Assembly: GCF_001447785.1 (NCBI RefSeq)
Contig: NW_015175982.1
Location: forward strand, 515,980-579,979
DNA length: 64,000 nucleotides
Source: Gekko japonicus
Taxonomy: Eukaryota
Reading direction: 5' to 3'
Shown: in pieces, positions 39,778-52,571 of the stretch
Position numbering within the stretch: the stretch's first letter is position 1
How the letters are laid out: every line of letters starts with the position of its first letter
Notes under the pieces: generated by a model
What the model saw: the letters and a program-made list of their open reading frames with translations, nothing else
Told to the model about the DNA's origin: nothing
The model's database searches: none
Made by a program: the position numbers and the translations under genes

Positions 39778-41925
39778 TAATTGTTCTCAGGATGGCACAG
39801 CAAAGGGCCACCTGCGGCAGTTATTTGCTGCAAAAGAATTCTGCTTGTTTTGTAGATGGAAAGGCAATTTTTAGCCACACATTTTCAGAGTCTGTAGTTT
39901 TTACGAAAGCCTGGGACGTGTCCCATAATACCACATCAACAAACAACCTGGAAAGTCCAGTAAAGGTGATTGTTTGGAAGCTGTAGAACGCACATACCTG
40001 TAAGTTAGGAGCATGAGGCTGGCCACTTCTTTTCTGTTTATCACTCCCATTTTTCTCCTGTTTACACTAAAAGGCAAGGATCACATGACTGTGGCTCTCT
40101 CTTCTTATCATTGGATACTGGACAAGGTACCTTTTCCCCTTGAATCCTGATGCTAAAACACTATGAATGAACCCAACCCTGCCCAGTATGAACCTTAATC
40201 ATAGCCCTGTTTTTTTGTGTGTACCTCACTACTCTGTTTTACCAATGGTCAATTCTAGTTTCATCTTTTCAACACAGAAATGTACTAAATTTTCAAACCC
40301 CCCTGGAAATCTGTGTTCAGAGTAAATTATTCCACCAGTTTCTTCTATCTGGCCGTTTTGTGCAGCAACACTGAAGACAATGCTTGAAAAATATTCTAGC
40401 TACTTTATAAAAGAGCAAGTGCCCCCACCCCCTCCATTTCAGAGCAAGTCATATTTTTACCCTGTTGGGATGAATGAGAAGTTAGTTCTGTCTAGTTTTC
40501 CCCACAGTTTTCAAGTGGGATTTTAGGGGAACAAATTTCCTCTAATTTGGAGCATTTGTTGTTCAGCTGATCACAGGAATTCTCACGTTTAACAGAAAGC
40601 AATTTTGACTAAAGAAAACTGAGAAGAAAGAGTGCGATAAGGCAGGAATTTTATGTGCTTAGCTGGCCAAGGCTGAAGAAAGGGAATCCAAACATTACAT
40701 TTTCCCTCTTAACAAAATTAGCAGCCTCTATGTGAAGGTGGTGAACCCAATTAAGTTTTTCCCCCCAATCACTTTGCAATTTTATGTGATGATATTCTGG
40801 TGCCTCTAGACTTCTCTTTCTGTGTCTTGCTCCTTTTCTTTTCTTCTGGTTCTCTTCTCTATTGCACATCTACCTCTTATTCAGTCTCCTTTTATACTTC
40901 CCATAGCAACTACCCAAACCTTCTTAGGAAGGCCTGCCTCAGTTCTGGAAACATGAATTTACAGCAGTCTGCTTTGTTCTCATTGAATGGCTTAAAGGGA
41001 AAACTGACATTGCCTCCTAACATGAAGCCATATTGAAGTTGCCACAATGTTTTTCCAAATTTCCAGTAGTTGTTTCTAATAGCCATTACATATTTCTGAA
41101 TTTCCAACAGCTGATGTATTTTTTGTATTAATATTTGAGACTCACTTTGCTTGTATAGACAAAAAAGCATTTTTTGGGGGTGGAAGGGTAGCAAAGTATT
41201 ACCCCACCTCCAGAGGGTGAGGCACTTACTGGTTTTCAGCTCAGTTCACTGATTGGGGTATGATTTATGAGTAGAAAGAGGCAAGCACAAAAGAGCAACT
41301 GCTATAAATGTTAGGTCATTTATACTCCACTTCTTCAGATATCTGCTCATGTCAGGCAGCTTCTTCTAAGGACAAGTGATCATGTGGTTACATCAAGAAT
41401 GTCTGGATCATTCAATCACACCCAGTGTGAAGGCAGGACATGTACCCCCCCCCCCCACAGTAGAGGCTGATAGGAAAGAGGCAGATCCAGAACTGCAAGT
41501 CAGACAGAGACACAGAAGGCAAGCTCCACCACTCATGGGTACTTTAGGATGCAATTCTAAGAACACTTCCCTAGTAGTAGTAAACTCCATTTAATACAAC
41601 GGTTTATTTCTGAGTAGACCAGCTTAGGATTTCTCCCTTAGGTTCACTAGAGCCTTTGATTTACTTCTTATACTACAAACAGAATATGCATTTTAAAAAT
41701 TGCTAATGTATTGTGAGACTTGTTCTCATAGTTTGCACTATGAACAAGCCCAAATCAGCTCAGTTCCAATTTTCAGATTTTGCTGAGGGCTATGCAGCTA
41801 GTGCCAGAGTTTTCTTAACATCCTTCTGAAATAGTTGTGGAAATAAGGCATACTCCCCCAGAATGTTCAGGTTTCTTACTCCTCCCTCATCAAATCCTAG
41901 CTTTCCACAGGCCAAGATAGCATTA

Positions 41926-42281
41926 TAGGGTTGCCAGGTCCATCTTCATCCCCAGCGGGTTCGAAGCCCCACCCCCACAGGGATGGTCCCGTCAGCTGCA
42001 AGCCGCACACAGAGAGCCCCGCACCCGATCGCCAAGTGACATTGCCGCTCGGAGATTGGGGGCACAGGGCCCTTTCACCCTGGCTGCCTGCAATTAAAGG
42101 GTTCCCTTTAAGTACACACAGCCAGAGGGCCCCGTGTGCCTGGTCTTTGAGTGGCATTGCCACTCGGAGATCGGGTGCGGGGCCCAGAGCCACCCCTCCT
42201 GCAGGTGTTGGGGCTTGGGGGTGAGGCTTCCCCCACCAGCCAGCTGGCTGGCGGCAGGTTGAACCTGGTCCGGCAACCAGA
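41926..42281. mobile_element. GC-rich foldback MITE (tagggttgcca TIR)
   Basis: TIR plus internal palindrome gcacccgatc...gatcgggtgc. Confidence 0.7.
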
Positions 42282-42419
42282 ACCTGTACATGGCTCAAAC
42301 ATTTCCCCCCAGGGATAGGCAAACACTAGCTATAGCCTGCAAGGTTCAAAGACAGAATCCACTATTTAATCCCTTGGTAACCATCCCGAGTCTCTCTGTG
42401 TGTGTGTCTGTGTGTGTGG

Positions 42420-42620
42420 GAAGTGCTGTCAAGCCACTTCCAACTTACGGTGACCCTATGAATTAATTAATTCCAAAATGTCCTATCATCAACAGTCTTG
42501 CTCAGGTCTTGTGAACTGAGGGGTGTGGCTTCCTTCATGGAGTCAATCCAGCTCATATTAGGTCTTCCTCTTTTCCTGCTGCCTTCAATATTTCCTAGCA
42601 TTATTGTCTTTTCCAGTGTG
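42420..42620 (-). mobile_element. RTE LINE 3' end
   Basis: LEKTIMLGNIEGSRKRGRP-type coding remnant; (CA)n tail. Confidence 0.75.
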
Positions 42621-43228
42621 TCTAACTACATCTCTACAGTATGCTTTTAGCTACCCTTTTGTTTGTACTTTTCCAACATTAGAACATCCTTTTTGAAAGA
42701 TAAGGCAACCCAAACCAAATGTAATATTTGAAATGCGGGCATGCTATATCCAAGCTATTAGGGTACAATGGTAGAGTGTTGAACTAGGACTGGGAGGACC
42801 CAGATTCAAACCCCTGCTAGTCATGAAACCCACAAGCTGACTTTGGGCAAGTCAGTCTCCCAGCCTAATCGACCTTCTCAGGGTTTTTCTGAGGATAAAA
42901 TGGAGGAGGAGGAGGGAACCACATGTGCTACCACTAGCTTCCTGAAGAAAAGGCAGAATAAAGATGTAATAAATAAACTAATAATAAACATGACATGTTT
43001 GTATAATGCGATGTGTAACTTTTTAGGAGACGTTAATGGCAGCATATTTGCTAGTTAACCATTGATCAGATTTATTAATTTATTTCTAGTGTAAACAAAA
43101 ATGGCATTGATGCCAGCTTTGGGTATTAGTATTTAAACAGACAAGTTAATATTCCAATAAGTAACATAAATACCTGATACTTTATTTTAATGCTTTTTCT
43201 AAGAATTCACAACATTTGATTTGTCTTT

Positions 43229-43440
43229 TCACTGAAGTGCCTTCTCAGTGAATTTCCATGATGACTCCTTTTTCAGGGATGCTAGAAGGAAGTGAAGAGT
43301 CTCTACAGCATGCCTATAGTTGTAATTTGATGGCCTAGTTTGCATCACTGGACACTTGCTTGTGTGGAATCTGATCTGCCATTTTGTCACCCAGTACTCA
43401 AATTTATAGAGGTGTTTTTTGAGTTCTTCACAATCCACCT
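43229..43440 (-). mobile_element. Old CR1 RT fragment
   Basis: DCEELKKHLYKFEYWVTKWQIRFHTSKC. Confidence 0.7.
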
Positions 43441-43712
43441 AGCACAGCTTCTTACAAGGAACTGTAGGGCTATTTTGCAAAAAGCCCATCTATCTGAATA
43501 ACTGGCTATATCAGCTCACAAACAGTATTTTGCTAGCAAAGCAGGCATGGAGAAAATACAGTTTTTACTGAGCAGAGTACCGTTGTCTGGTACATTTGTA
43601 AGAATGCCTATTCTAGGCTATAGGATATTTACAGTGCAATCCTAAGAACACTTTCCTGGGAGCAAACTACACTGAATAGACTTGAGTAGGATTCTGAGTA
43701 GATGTGCTTAAA

Positions 43713-43850
43713 AAGGTAAAGGTTCCCATGCTCGAAAGCCAGTCGAATCCGACTCTAGGGTTGCGGTGCTCATCTCCGTTTCAAAGCCAAAGAGCCAGCG
43801 CTGTCCGAAGACGTTTCCATGGTCATGTGGCCAGCATGACTAAACACCTG
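43713..43850 (-). mobile_element. Sauria SINE 3' fragment
   Basis: Reverse complement of the 36408-36755 tail. Confidence 0.85.
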
Positions 43851-45558
43851 CACTATTAGGAGACAGCTTTCTTTTTGTATCTATCTGCCTAAGTTGACAA
43901 AAAGCAACTACCATTTCAACACAAAAACCAATGGTAAGCTATCTGAAAGGGAGCATTTTATCTTTTATTTGACTGTTAGGTACCAAACTGCAGTCTTATC
44001 CTTTTCATTATGCATCATTATATAGGGAATGTGTTCAAGACAACTTAGCCATCAGTGATCACAGTATATACTATAGCCCTATTGTGGCTTGTTATTACAG
44101 AAAGATTTATACCAGGACAAACTAGTTGTTTCCAAAGAAAAACCCAGAAGTCCTTTTTGAGAAAATATTTCTAGGAAGTGACCAGCCATCTAGGGAAAAG
44201 AAGGATTACTCTTTTTGGAAAGAGACTCCAGATTCCTTCCAAGGAAACCTTCAGTTTGGAGATGCCCATAAGCCAAGTGTCCAATCTACAGCCAAACGGT
44301 CTTATTTATAAATGTACTCTTAACGGCTACCACACTGCAGTTTTATGGGGTTTTTTATATTGTATGTTTGTTTTTAATCTTGTTCTTAGTCTGACAAGTT
44401 TAAAAGCGACCATCCCACTGACTATCTTACAGTGTTGCTGTAGTACATATCTTGACTCTTTACTATTTAAGAAATTTAACTGGAAGACGCTTTATAATCA
44501 TGGAGTGTAAATGAATACAAACATCTAAACTGATGGGGAATCCATAATCAACATTACATTGGCTCTGAGTCACAGTCTCACTGAAAGAATGTGCCATGGC
44601 TCAGTGATAATGCTTCTGCTTTCCATGCAAAAGGTCCCACGTTCAATCCCTGTCATCTCTGGTTGCAAGAATCAGATAGCAGGTGACATGAAAGACCCAA
44701 AACCTTGGAGAGGTGCTGCCGGTCAGAGAAGATAATACTGATCAATCATCTGGTGCACTATAAGGCAGTTTCATGTCTATACAAGGACTTCCATTATATT
44801 TTACAAGAAGGATATATGTAAGCATACACTAAGTCCATACTGCAGGCACCCACAGTTTCAATTTCAAAAGGGAAGAGGAAACACCTGCTCAGGGCTTGGT
44901 AAATACGTCAGAACCATTGGATCATGGCCAATATTTCTATGATGGTTTCCTAGCTTTTTTTTTTTTTAAAAATACATCAATACTCTTTGGCTATATGCTA
45001 TAAAGGAGTCCATAGTCCTTTGTTACGGTCAACCTTAGTCTAGAAGCCAGAAATATGAACTATTCAGACATATTACTAATGCAAACTTATGACGCTACTA
45101 CACACACAGTCGGACCATCAGTCCATACAGACTAGTCTCTTAAGCACAGGTCTTTCTAGCTCTGCTCCTTGAAGTCCTTGTTTTGAAAAGGTGGAGATTC
45201 CAGGGATTGTGTAAGAATTTGGGACCTGCTGCATTCTAAGCATCTGTTTGAAGACCCCTATTCAAAAACTGTGTGCTAGAGAATGCAGCCAAGGGTCTTA
45301 ACTATCTTTCTGCACGCGAGCAAGATGGGGGGGAAATCCCTTAACATATAAGAATACCAGGTTTAAAATTAAAGAAGCCATTTATCTTTATTTGTACTCT
45401 CCAAAGCAAGCTTTTGAATATTCCTGAATAACCCAAGTACAAACAAATTCCAAAGATTTTGCCAACAAACTACAATTCTCTCCCTAGTAATGATACTAAC
45501 TAAAGCAGCACTTTGAACAATACCCTTCTTCTCCTGGCCATATTTCAGCTCAGTATCA

Positions 45559-45776
45559 TCCTGCCAACCTAGCAGTTCTAAAGCAAGAAATAGGTACCGC
45601 TTCGGTGGGAAGGTAAAAGCATTCCATGTGCCTCGGCGTCTAAGTCATGCCGGCCACATGACCACGGAAATGTCTTTGGACAGTGCTGGCTCTTCGGCTT
45701 GGAAACGGAGATGAGCACTGCATCCCTAGAGTCGGATTCAACTGGCTTTCGAGCAAGGGAAACCTTTTCCTTTACC
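45559..45776 (+). mobile_element. Sauria SINE, 5' truncated
   Basis: Homologous to 36528-36755. Confidence 0.85.
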
Positions 45777-47479
45777 TATCATCTTCAAGAACAGTGACAC
45801 TTTAAAAGGTTTAACAATACTGGGGGCACTAGTGCAAGGTGTGCTGGACTATAAAGTCTTTGGAGCAACTGAACATGGAGCATGCCCAGGATTTTTTGTA
45901 TCTGTGCAATATTTGAATGTGCCAGCTATTGAGGTGTGAACAGAATGTTGACTGAGAGCTGGGAAGCCGAGGTTCAAATTCCCACTCTGCCATAGCATGT
46001 GACCTTGGGCCAGTCGCTTTATCTCAGCCTGACTTACCTCATAGGGTTGTTATGAGGGTAAAATGAAGATGGGGGAAAGTCTGTAAACCGTTTTGGGTCC
46101 ATGCTGGGAAGAAAAACAGGGTATAAATATTTAAAAGCCCTGTATAAATACAACTAATCTCTTGCTTTGACAGGTCAGACCTCATAGCTTTGTGAAAGGA
46201 TTAGTTCAAGTGTAACAAGAGCAAATCTTTTACTCATGTGCAGCCCTATCCTATGCGGAACTAGGCACACCTATGCCCATTAAAACTAGTGGACATAAAC
46301 ACATCTAACTCTGCACAGAATTGCAGCCCTAACTACCTAATCCCTAGAAAACAGGGAGTGATCGAGGTTACAGTCTCAAAGAATCCATTAAATTCCCTGT
46401 TCCAGAAGGCCTCAGCCTGCAGTCCCATGGGTGAGATAGCATCATGGTTATAAATAGCAGGATGGTGCCACATACACAGCAGACTTTGTAGCTAAGCACA
46501 TATATGCCAACCCCTCCCCTAGTACAGCAAAACTGGCTTCAGAGATCAAAACTTCCTCAGACATCTGAATGATTAACAAGATGGTATAATCCAACAGTTT
46601 CTAACTTTTAGACTGGGGTGGAAAAATAGAGCACAGGGAAATAGCTCACCATTTCTAAAATTCATTGCAAAGTAAGAGAAAGACTGGAAACAATAACACA
46701 GTTGCAGAATGTTGCATCAGAAAATGTTCACTACCTCCCAGTTAAGAAAAAATATACCAGGCTAAAAAGATTTTCCTGGCATCAGAGTAGTGAATTGGGA
46801 AGGGATTAACTGAATGTGTAGGACAGATCCCTGATTCCATAATTCTCAAAGCAAGAAAGAACAGCACCTGATCCCATGTCAGAAATCCCAAACTAGGAAT
46901 GCTGTGACTTAAAACACAGATCAAGGAGCAGACAATGTAACAAAAAGCTAGAGTGAATTTAAGCACACACATCCCAAATGTAACATAGGCAACCCTGAAT
47001 CTGCAAGAAGGGAATAATACCACTGCAGAAAAATAAAGGAAAACAGCACTGGAAAAGAGCGCTTTATGGAACTACAATGGCTCACCTCAAAAATCACCTT
47101 GGTACTACCCAAGCAACAAGCACATAGCCCCAGCCGACTTAGGACCCAGCCCATTAGCACAACGCCACCCCAGCAGCTTGCAAAGAAACCCTGTCAGCCT
47201 ATCAAACTATACAACTGCTGCTAGAGCAGAACTGCCAAGACTCCAGGATTTCTGCCCTTCTATCTCTTGTTAGAGCTGCACACACAGTCATCTGCTTTGG
47301 GTAGCCATTCAGAAGCAAAAATCTACAGCTGAGTCAGGGATGAGCAAGCAGCCATCAACCGCATGATGGCAGAGATAAAATGGATCTAGCTCCCAGGCAC
47401 ACTATTTGCAATCAGCCTGAAATCGGGCTTTAACTTGTGCCCGAAACACTCGAAAGAATACAAAGCTGTGCTCTTGAGT

Positions 47480-48090
47480 GTATGAAGAGTGTCTTAACCC
47501 TTGTCAGACCCCGCACATGGGGGGCGGGTGTGATTTTCAGATGACAGCGTTTGATTTCGATCTAGCCTAATCTCCCGTTATCGCTCCCCACACGGAAAAA
47601 AATTAAGCACCAACCATCATTACAGACCCCGAAGGCCTACCCTTCTGCCGGCAATACTCTAATAGGTCTTATGCTCTCTCGCCAGAATGGCAGTGCCCTA
47701 AATCTGACTGCTTCCTAGGCGAAGAGTTAACAGTTTCACCCAGCAAACCCTCTACCATCCCTTTTCTTGAAGAAAGAGGAGGGAGAGACTCGTACCTGCT
47801 GCTGCCTTTTTCTGCCTCCTTCGGATCACAGGATTGGGGCGCGCATGCGTTTACGGCTCGTTTTTAAACCCACCACCACCACCAAAGACCACGGCGGTTT
47901 CGGCGATCCCGGAGTCTGGGGGGGACACCTCATTCAGGCTCCTCCCAATGTGGCTGCAGCCCCTTTAAATCCAACATGGCGACTAACTTCGGAATACACC
48001 CGAGCAGACTGTCAGGGGAGGAGAGCGCTCCTTGGTTAGATGATGTAAGAGCTAAGCTCCGCCTTCACTGGTCCTGGCGCTCTCGCTCTC
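47480..48090 (-). promoter_or_regulatory. KLC4: CpG-rich promoter, probable KLC4 TSS with non-coding exon 1 (~47796-47840)
   Basis: CpG cluster; NRF1-like GCGCATGCGT at 47841; minus-strand donor CAG|gtacga at 47796/47795; YY1-like AACATGGCG at 47973. Confidence 0.65.
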
Positions 48091-48128
48091 TCTCTCTCTG
48101 GGAGTCTTTGCATCTATGACACTGTCTA

Positions 48129-48330
48129 ACTATCTCATCCTTTGCCGTCCCCTTCTTCTTTTACCTTCAGTCTTTCCCAGCATCAGGGTCTTCCCCAGTG
48201 AGTGCTCCCTTCTCATTTGGTGGCCAAAGTATCTGAGCTTCAGCTTCAGTATCTGTCCTTCCAGGGAACTGTCAGGGTAGATTTCCTTTAGGATTGACTG
48301 ATTTGATCTCCTTGCAGTCCAAGGGAGTCT
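48129..48330 (-). mobile_element. RTE/BovB LINE fragment
   Basis: PWTARRSNQSILKEI..SLEGQILKLKLRYFGH.MRR..SL.KTLMLGK.EGKRRRGRQRMR is the typical BovB ORF C-terminus. Confidence 0.9.
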
Positions 48331-49559
48331 ACTACGGCGTAATAGCACAAAAAATTCCTTGCTAATTTTGTGTGGAGAAAGGGGAACTGGCAGTTTAAAA
48401 ATGTACGTTCATTAGTAAAGGTGTGCACGCTGTTTGTCTTAGAATGGCTTTTCGGCCCTCAGCGTTTTAGGGGCAGATGATGTCAAGTGTTTCATTAATA
48501 ATCTGCTTTTAATACCTACAGTTTGCAAATCCATCTGAAAAGTCACTTGTAGGATTACCATCTCTGCCCCCCCTCTGGCCAATTTATTTCTAGAGCATAC
48601 CAGAACATTTCAGAGTGCCTAAGATCATTGTAGGAGCCAGTGGTTTGACTTTTTTCATAGAAGATTCGAATTTATTAATTAGTTTAAAATATTTAAACTG
48701 AACTCATAAACTCTTAATTTAAGATGAATTATTCTGTAACATCTACATCCATTTCTTTGGACTAAGATCTGCAAGAGCTAGATTTGAATCCCCACTGTGC
48801 CATGGAAACCTGCTGTGTGGTCCTGGGTCAGTCACGCACTCTCAGCCTAACCTACTTCACAGGATTGTTGTGAAGATAGAGGAGAATGATGTAAACTGTG
48901 TTGGATTCCCATTGGGAAGAAAGGTGAGGCACAAATTAAATACATACCTCAATTTGAAGCAATCTTTTTATATTTACACTAATGAAATGTATAATGTTGG
49001 GCTTGGTTACTCTTTTGATGCATGTTAATTTATGGAAGATATGGGAAGGTTTCTAACCTGTATTACAGTACAATCCTATGCACGGTCTCCAGTATAAATC
49101 CATTGACTTAAGTTTCAACCCTAAAGACACTTTCCTGGGAGTAAGCCCCGTTGAAAAGCATGAGACTTCTGAGTAGGTTTGTTTAGGATTGCTCCCTTAG
49201 TGGTGTAATTTGGACTGCCATTTTATGGACACTTTTTGAAAGAATAAAGTCCTCTGAATTCTTTGGTACTTACTGCTGAGTAAAGTACAAAAGTAGGAGC
49301 AATCTGAGCGGCTACACGCTTATTTTTTCTCATTGAACTGCGTAGGGCTGAATGGACATGTACATGCTGTCACTGTTAAGAAACCAAGTGACAGATACTC
49401 CACATTAATTATTCCAGACTGAAACTTTTTGCGGGTTGTGTGCTGAACTGCTAGCTCATGACAATTCCAGACTCATCCGTGCCAAGAGGATTTCGCTAGT
49501 GAATTGTGCAATAAAGATGCGTTTAGAAACAAAAGGAGTTATGAACAATTTATTTTGGA

Positions 49560-50050
49560 TTTTTAGCTTCGGTTCGGGGGGAGGGGGGAGACTTAGCTTC
49601 GGTTCGGGGGGAGACAGGCACAAGAAAATTTTCAAGCTGCTGCACCTAGCGGCGCTAAATCCGTTTTTGCTTTTGGAGACTACTGTACCTATACTGCAAA
49701 CCAAAAGTAACCATGCAAACTGTCTGTATATACTGCCGCTTCCTCCGATGCTCCTCCCCGGGGTTTGACGCGCATGCCTCGTGGACTTCAGTCGGGAGAA
49801 GAGAATGATGGGTACGGTATTGTGGGGCTTTATTTAGGGTGAGTGGAGATACTTGGGAAAAATATCCGCGGCGAAATAACTTTGGCGTGGGGGTGAGGGA
49901 GGGTTCCGTTTTCCTGCCTGGCCCCCTGCAGCCCTCGAGATACGTGCTAACGAAAAAAAACGAGGCTTCAAGTTTTGTTTGCAGGGGGGGGTGCTCCTCT
50001 CCCCCGGAAATACGGCCCTCTGAGCTCACTGGGACTGTCTCCGGAGCAAA
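49560..50050 (+). promoter_or_regulatory. MRPL2: CpG-rich promoter, probable MRPL2 TSS with non-coding exon 1 (~49770-49811)
   Basis: CpG cluster; NRF1-like CGCGCATGC at ~49769; donors TGG|gtacgg (49811) and AGG|gtgagt (49838). The ATG-bearing exon has an acceptor, so an upstream exon is required. Confidence 0.7.
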
Positions 50051-51729
50051 TTAGGTTGGGGGAGGGGGTGTTTCTGGCATTTCAGGGCTGCTATTTCATG
50101 CACATTTGTTTGGTAGCAAGCCCTGTTGAATACATTGGGACTCCTGCATAAACACGGAAAGGATCGTGCTGCGTGAAAGAGTATTGTTTCTATAAATCTT
50201 CATCCCCCACCCCCTGTTGATCTTCTGGAGCCAGAAGGGCATGGCTAAGGTTTGCCAGCTGTAGAACCAGCCTGTGTAACTGAGAGGTTGGCCCTCTCAC
50301 AGAGACTTGTGTAGTAGCAAAGGATTAGTTGCGGTAACTGGAAGGAAAGCTTACTTTGTTGATGTTTGTGGATCAAGTCTCTTAAAGCACAGGTGAGATC
50401 CATACTGTTTTCTGCTATAGCCTCATCAAGCTCCTATATATTCTGGCTCTTTACTGGTGGTTATGGATATAATGCCTTGACATTCTTCTTCAATAGTTTT
50501 CCTGTAACTTATCTAGCATACTGAATCCATTTACACATGGGTTGTTTGCTCTGGCTCAGGTGCTGATGAGAATTTTTCTTCTTCATGTGTCAACAGCACT
50601 GTGGTGCTTCCATGCGTTTCCTGTGTTTTCCTCATCATTTTGTATGACCCTCAAGCTTGCTTTGGTGTGCTGTTTTGGGAAAGATCACAGCAAAGCTGGA
50701 ATGGTACCTATGTGGTTGGAAAAGTCTGGATCTTCCCGGTCCTGCCCACATCTGTACCATTTTGCCTGCCTCAATCTACCACAGTGGCCACCACCACCCT
50801 GAGGACTTTTTTAAAAATTCTGAAATTCACATATTATGTTTTCATAACTATTTGTCTGGTTCTCAGAGTTCCCAATGTGCAGTGTTGTTTTTTTTTAAGC
50901 AAGTCTCTAGATCCTTTTTTGCAGAGACTTTTGAAAATAAATGAAAACTAGGAATTCAGAGAACCTGGTAGATAGTTACAATGTTATAACACTATAATGA
51001 TGCATCAATTGCAGATTGAAAATTAAGGGGGGGAAACCACAAGAAAACCCCTGGGGTGGAGCGGGGGGGGGGCATTGAGGAAGGGAAAATTCAGGAAATT
51101 CTGCCATGTGGAAGCCCCTCCTGCTGCACTTTGCTTGCAGCTGCACCACACAAAACCTGTCCCTATATCAAGAATACCTCAGCCCCCAGCAGTAAGGGAA
51201 GAATATTAAATGCTTATGCTGTTCCCACGTTCTTCTTCCTTGATGCTTGGGCTACTTGTCTTGTAGAATAACTTCCCATTAATGCACAGGACAGTAGTCT
51301 TAGTGATGCCTTCCCACTGTTTCCCGTGGATGAGAGATCTGTGAGTCAGGGCAACTTTACATATTATGGTTTTCCTGCGCATGAGTTTTATGCTGTAAGT
51401 AAATGGGAATACTTTCTATGTAAGAAATCTAGCATGTAAAGGTGCCCTCGCAAGCTGTTCCTATAAAAAGCAAGGACCTGCATTAATGCCAATATTATGC
51501 TCTAGAATGGGATGGTAGCTACCCCACTCCAGAGAGCTCTTGATTTGTCCATTATTTAATCGGTCCTTTGGGGGAGGGACCAGTGGCCATTGCAGGTTGC
51601 GTAGATGGGTGGCACTTGTCCCCAGCAATGCTGGTGTATCTCGGTATCCTTTTATTTTATTTTTTCTGTCTCTGTGAGTAAATCAATACAGTGCTCTCCC
51701 TTTTTAGCAGGGAGAAAAAATCACCGGCA

Positions 51730-51798
51730 ATGGCTGTAAGTAGCTTGATCCGGAGTTTTGGGTCCCTGCTGCTGTCTTCAAGCCATCATGTCTCACAG
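51730..51798 (+). CDS. MRPL2: MRPL2 first coding exon (mitochondrial presequence)
   Basis: gcaATGg; MAVSSLIRSFGSLLLSSSHHVSQ (S/L/R-rich, no acidic residues); NAGNAG acceptor ttttagcag at 51705-51710; CAG|gtatgg donor; in frame with the next exon. Confidence 0.85.
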
Positions 51799-52405
51799 GT
51801 ATGGAGCTGTCATCCCTTTGTTGGCCGTATCCTCTTCCTTTTTTCCAGATGTGGTTGTATCTCGTGTATTGTATATACTAGGGGATTTTAGCTCAGTGGA
51901 CTCCTGTAACTAAATGTGATTATTTTTCTGCTGTTTGTGGCTTAAATTAAGCTTGGGTCTGCCAGGACACAGCTCTGAAATCTGTTTGGCCAGTGGCACA
52001 TGCAGCTATAATAAGCAAGAATGCCTTTCCTTAACTGAATGCTCGTAACCAAACTGAGCCTTCACAAATCTGGAATTAGAAGACAAAAAGGTCACCTTGG
52101 AGACGGTGACTTCTGCGAAGGCTTTGGCCCCAGCAACTTTCCTTTAAGAGTTAAGCAGCTGCCTGTGATGGGTTCTCCAGAGAAGGCAGCTTACCATTAA
52201 TCTGTGGTAAAATGGCTTCTTTCTCCCAGTGTGTGTCTCAGACTTTCCGGAAACGAACCAGAGACATGTTCTTGTTTGAGTAAGGAATGGATGAAAGATA
52301 ATAATTATATGTGGTTTGCTAGGGTCTGAGTGTTCCTAATTTTGGCAGTGCTGGAGCAGTAACTGGCACTGAGTGGTAAAACATGGGAATTTTTCCTTAT
52401 CCTAG

Positions 52406-52571
52406 ACAAGCATATCCCCCAAGCCCATCTGTCTTGCTTGGCAATTCCATGCATACCGTGAAATTGGCACATCTGCAGTATTGTCTACTTCTGATCCGAT
52501 GTGGAAATGTCGGATCAAGTACACCACAAGACCCATTGGCATGAAAAAAACAGGAGGTCGAGATCACACAG
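52406..52571 (+). CDS. MRPL2: MRPL2 coding exon 2
   Basis: Translated by hand as TSISPKP...WKCRIKYTTRPIGMKKTGGRDHTG; 166 nt. Confidence 0.93.
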
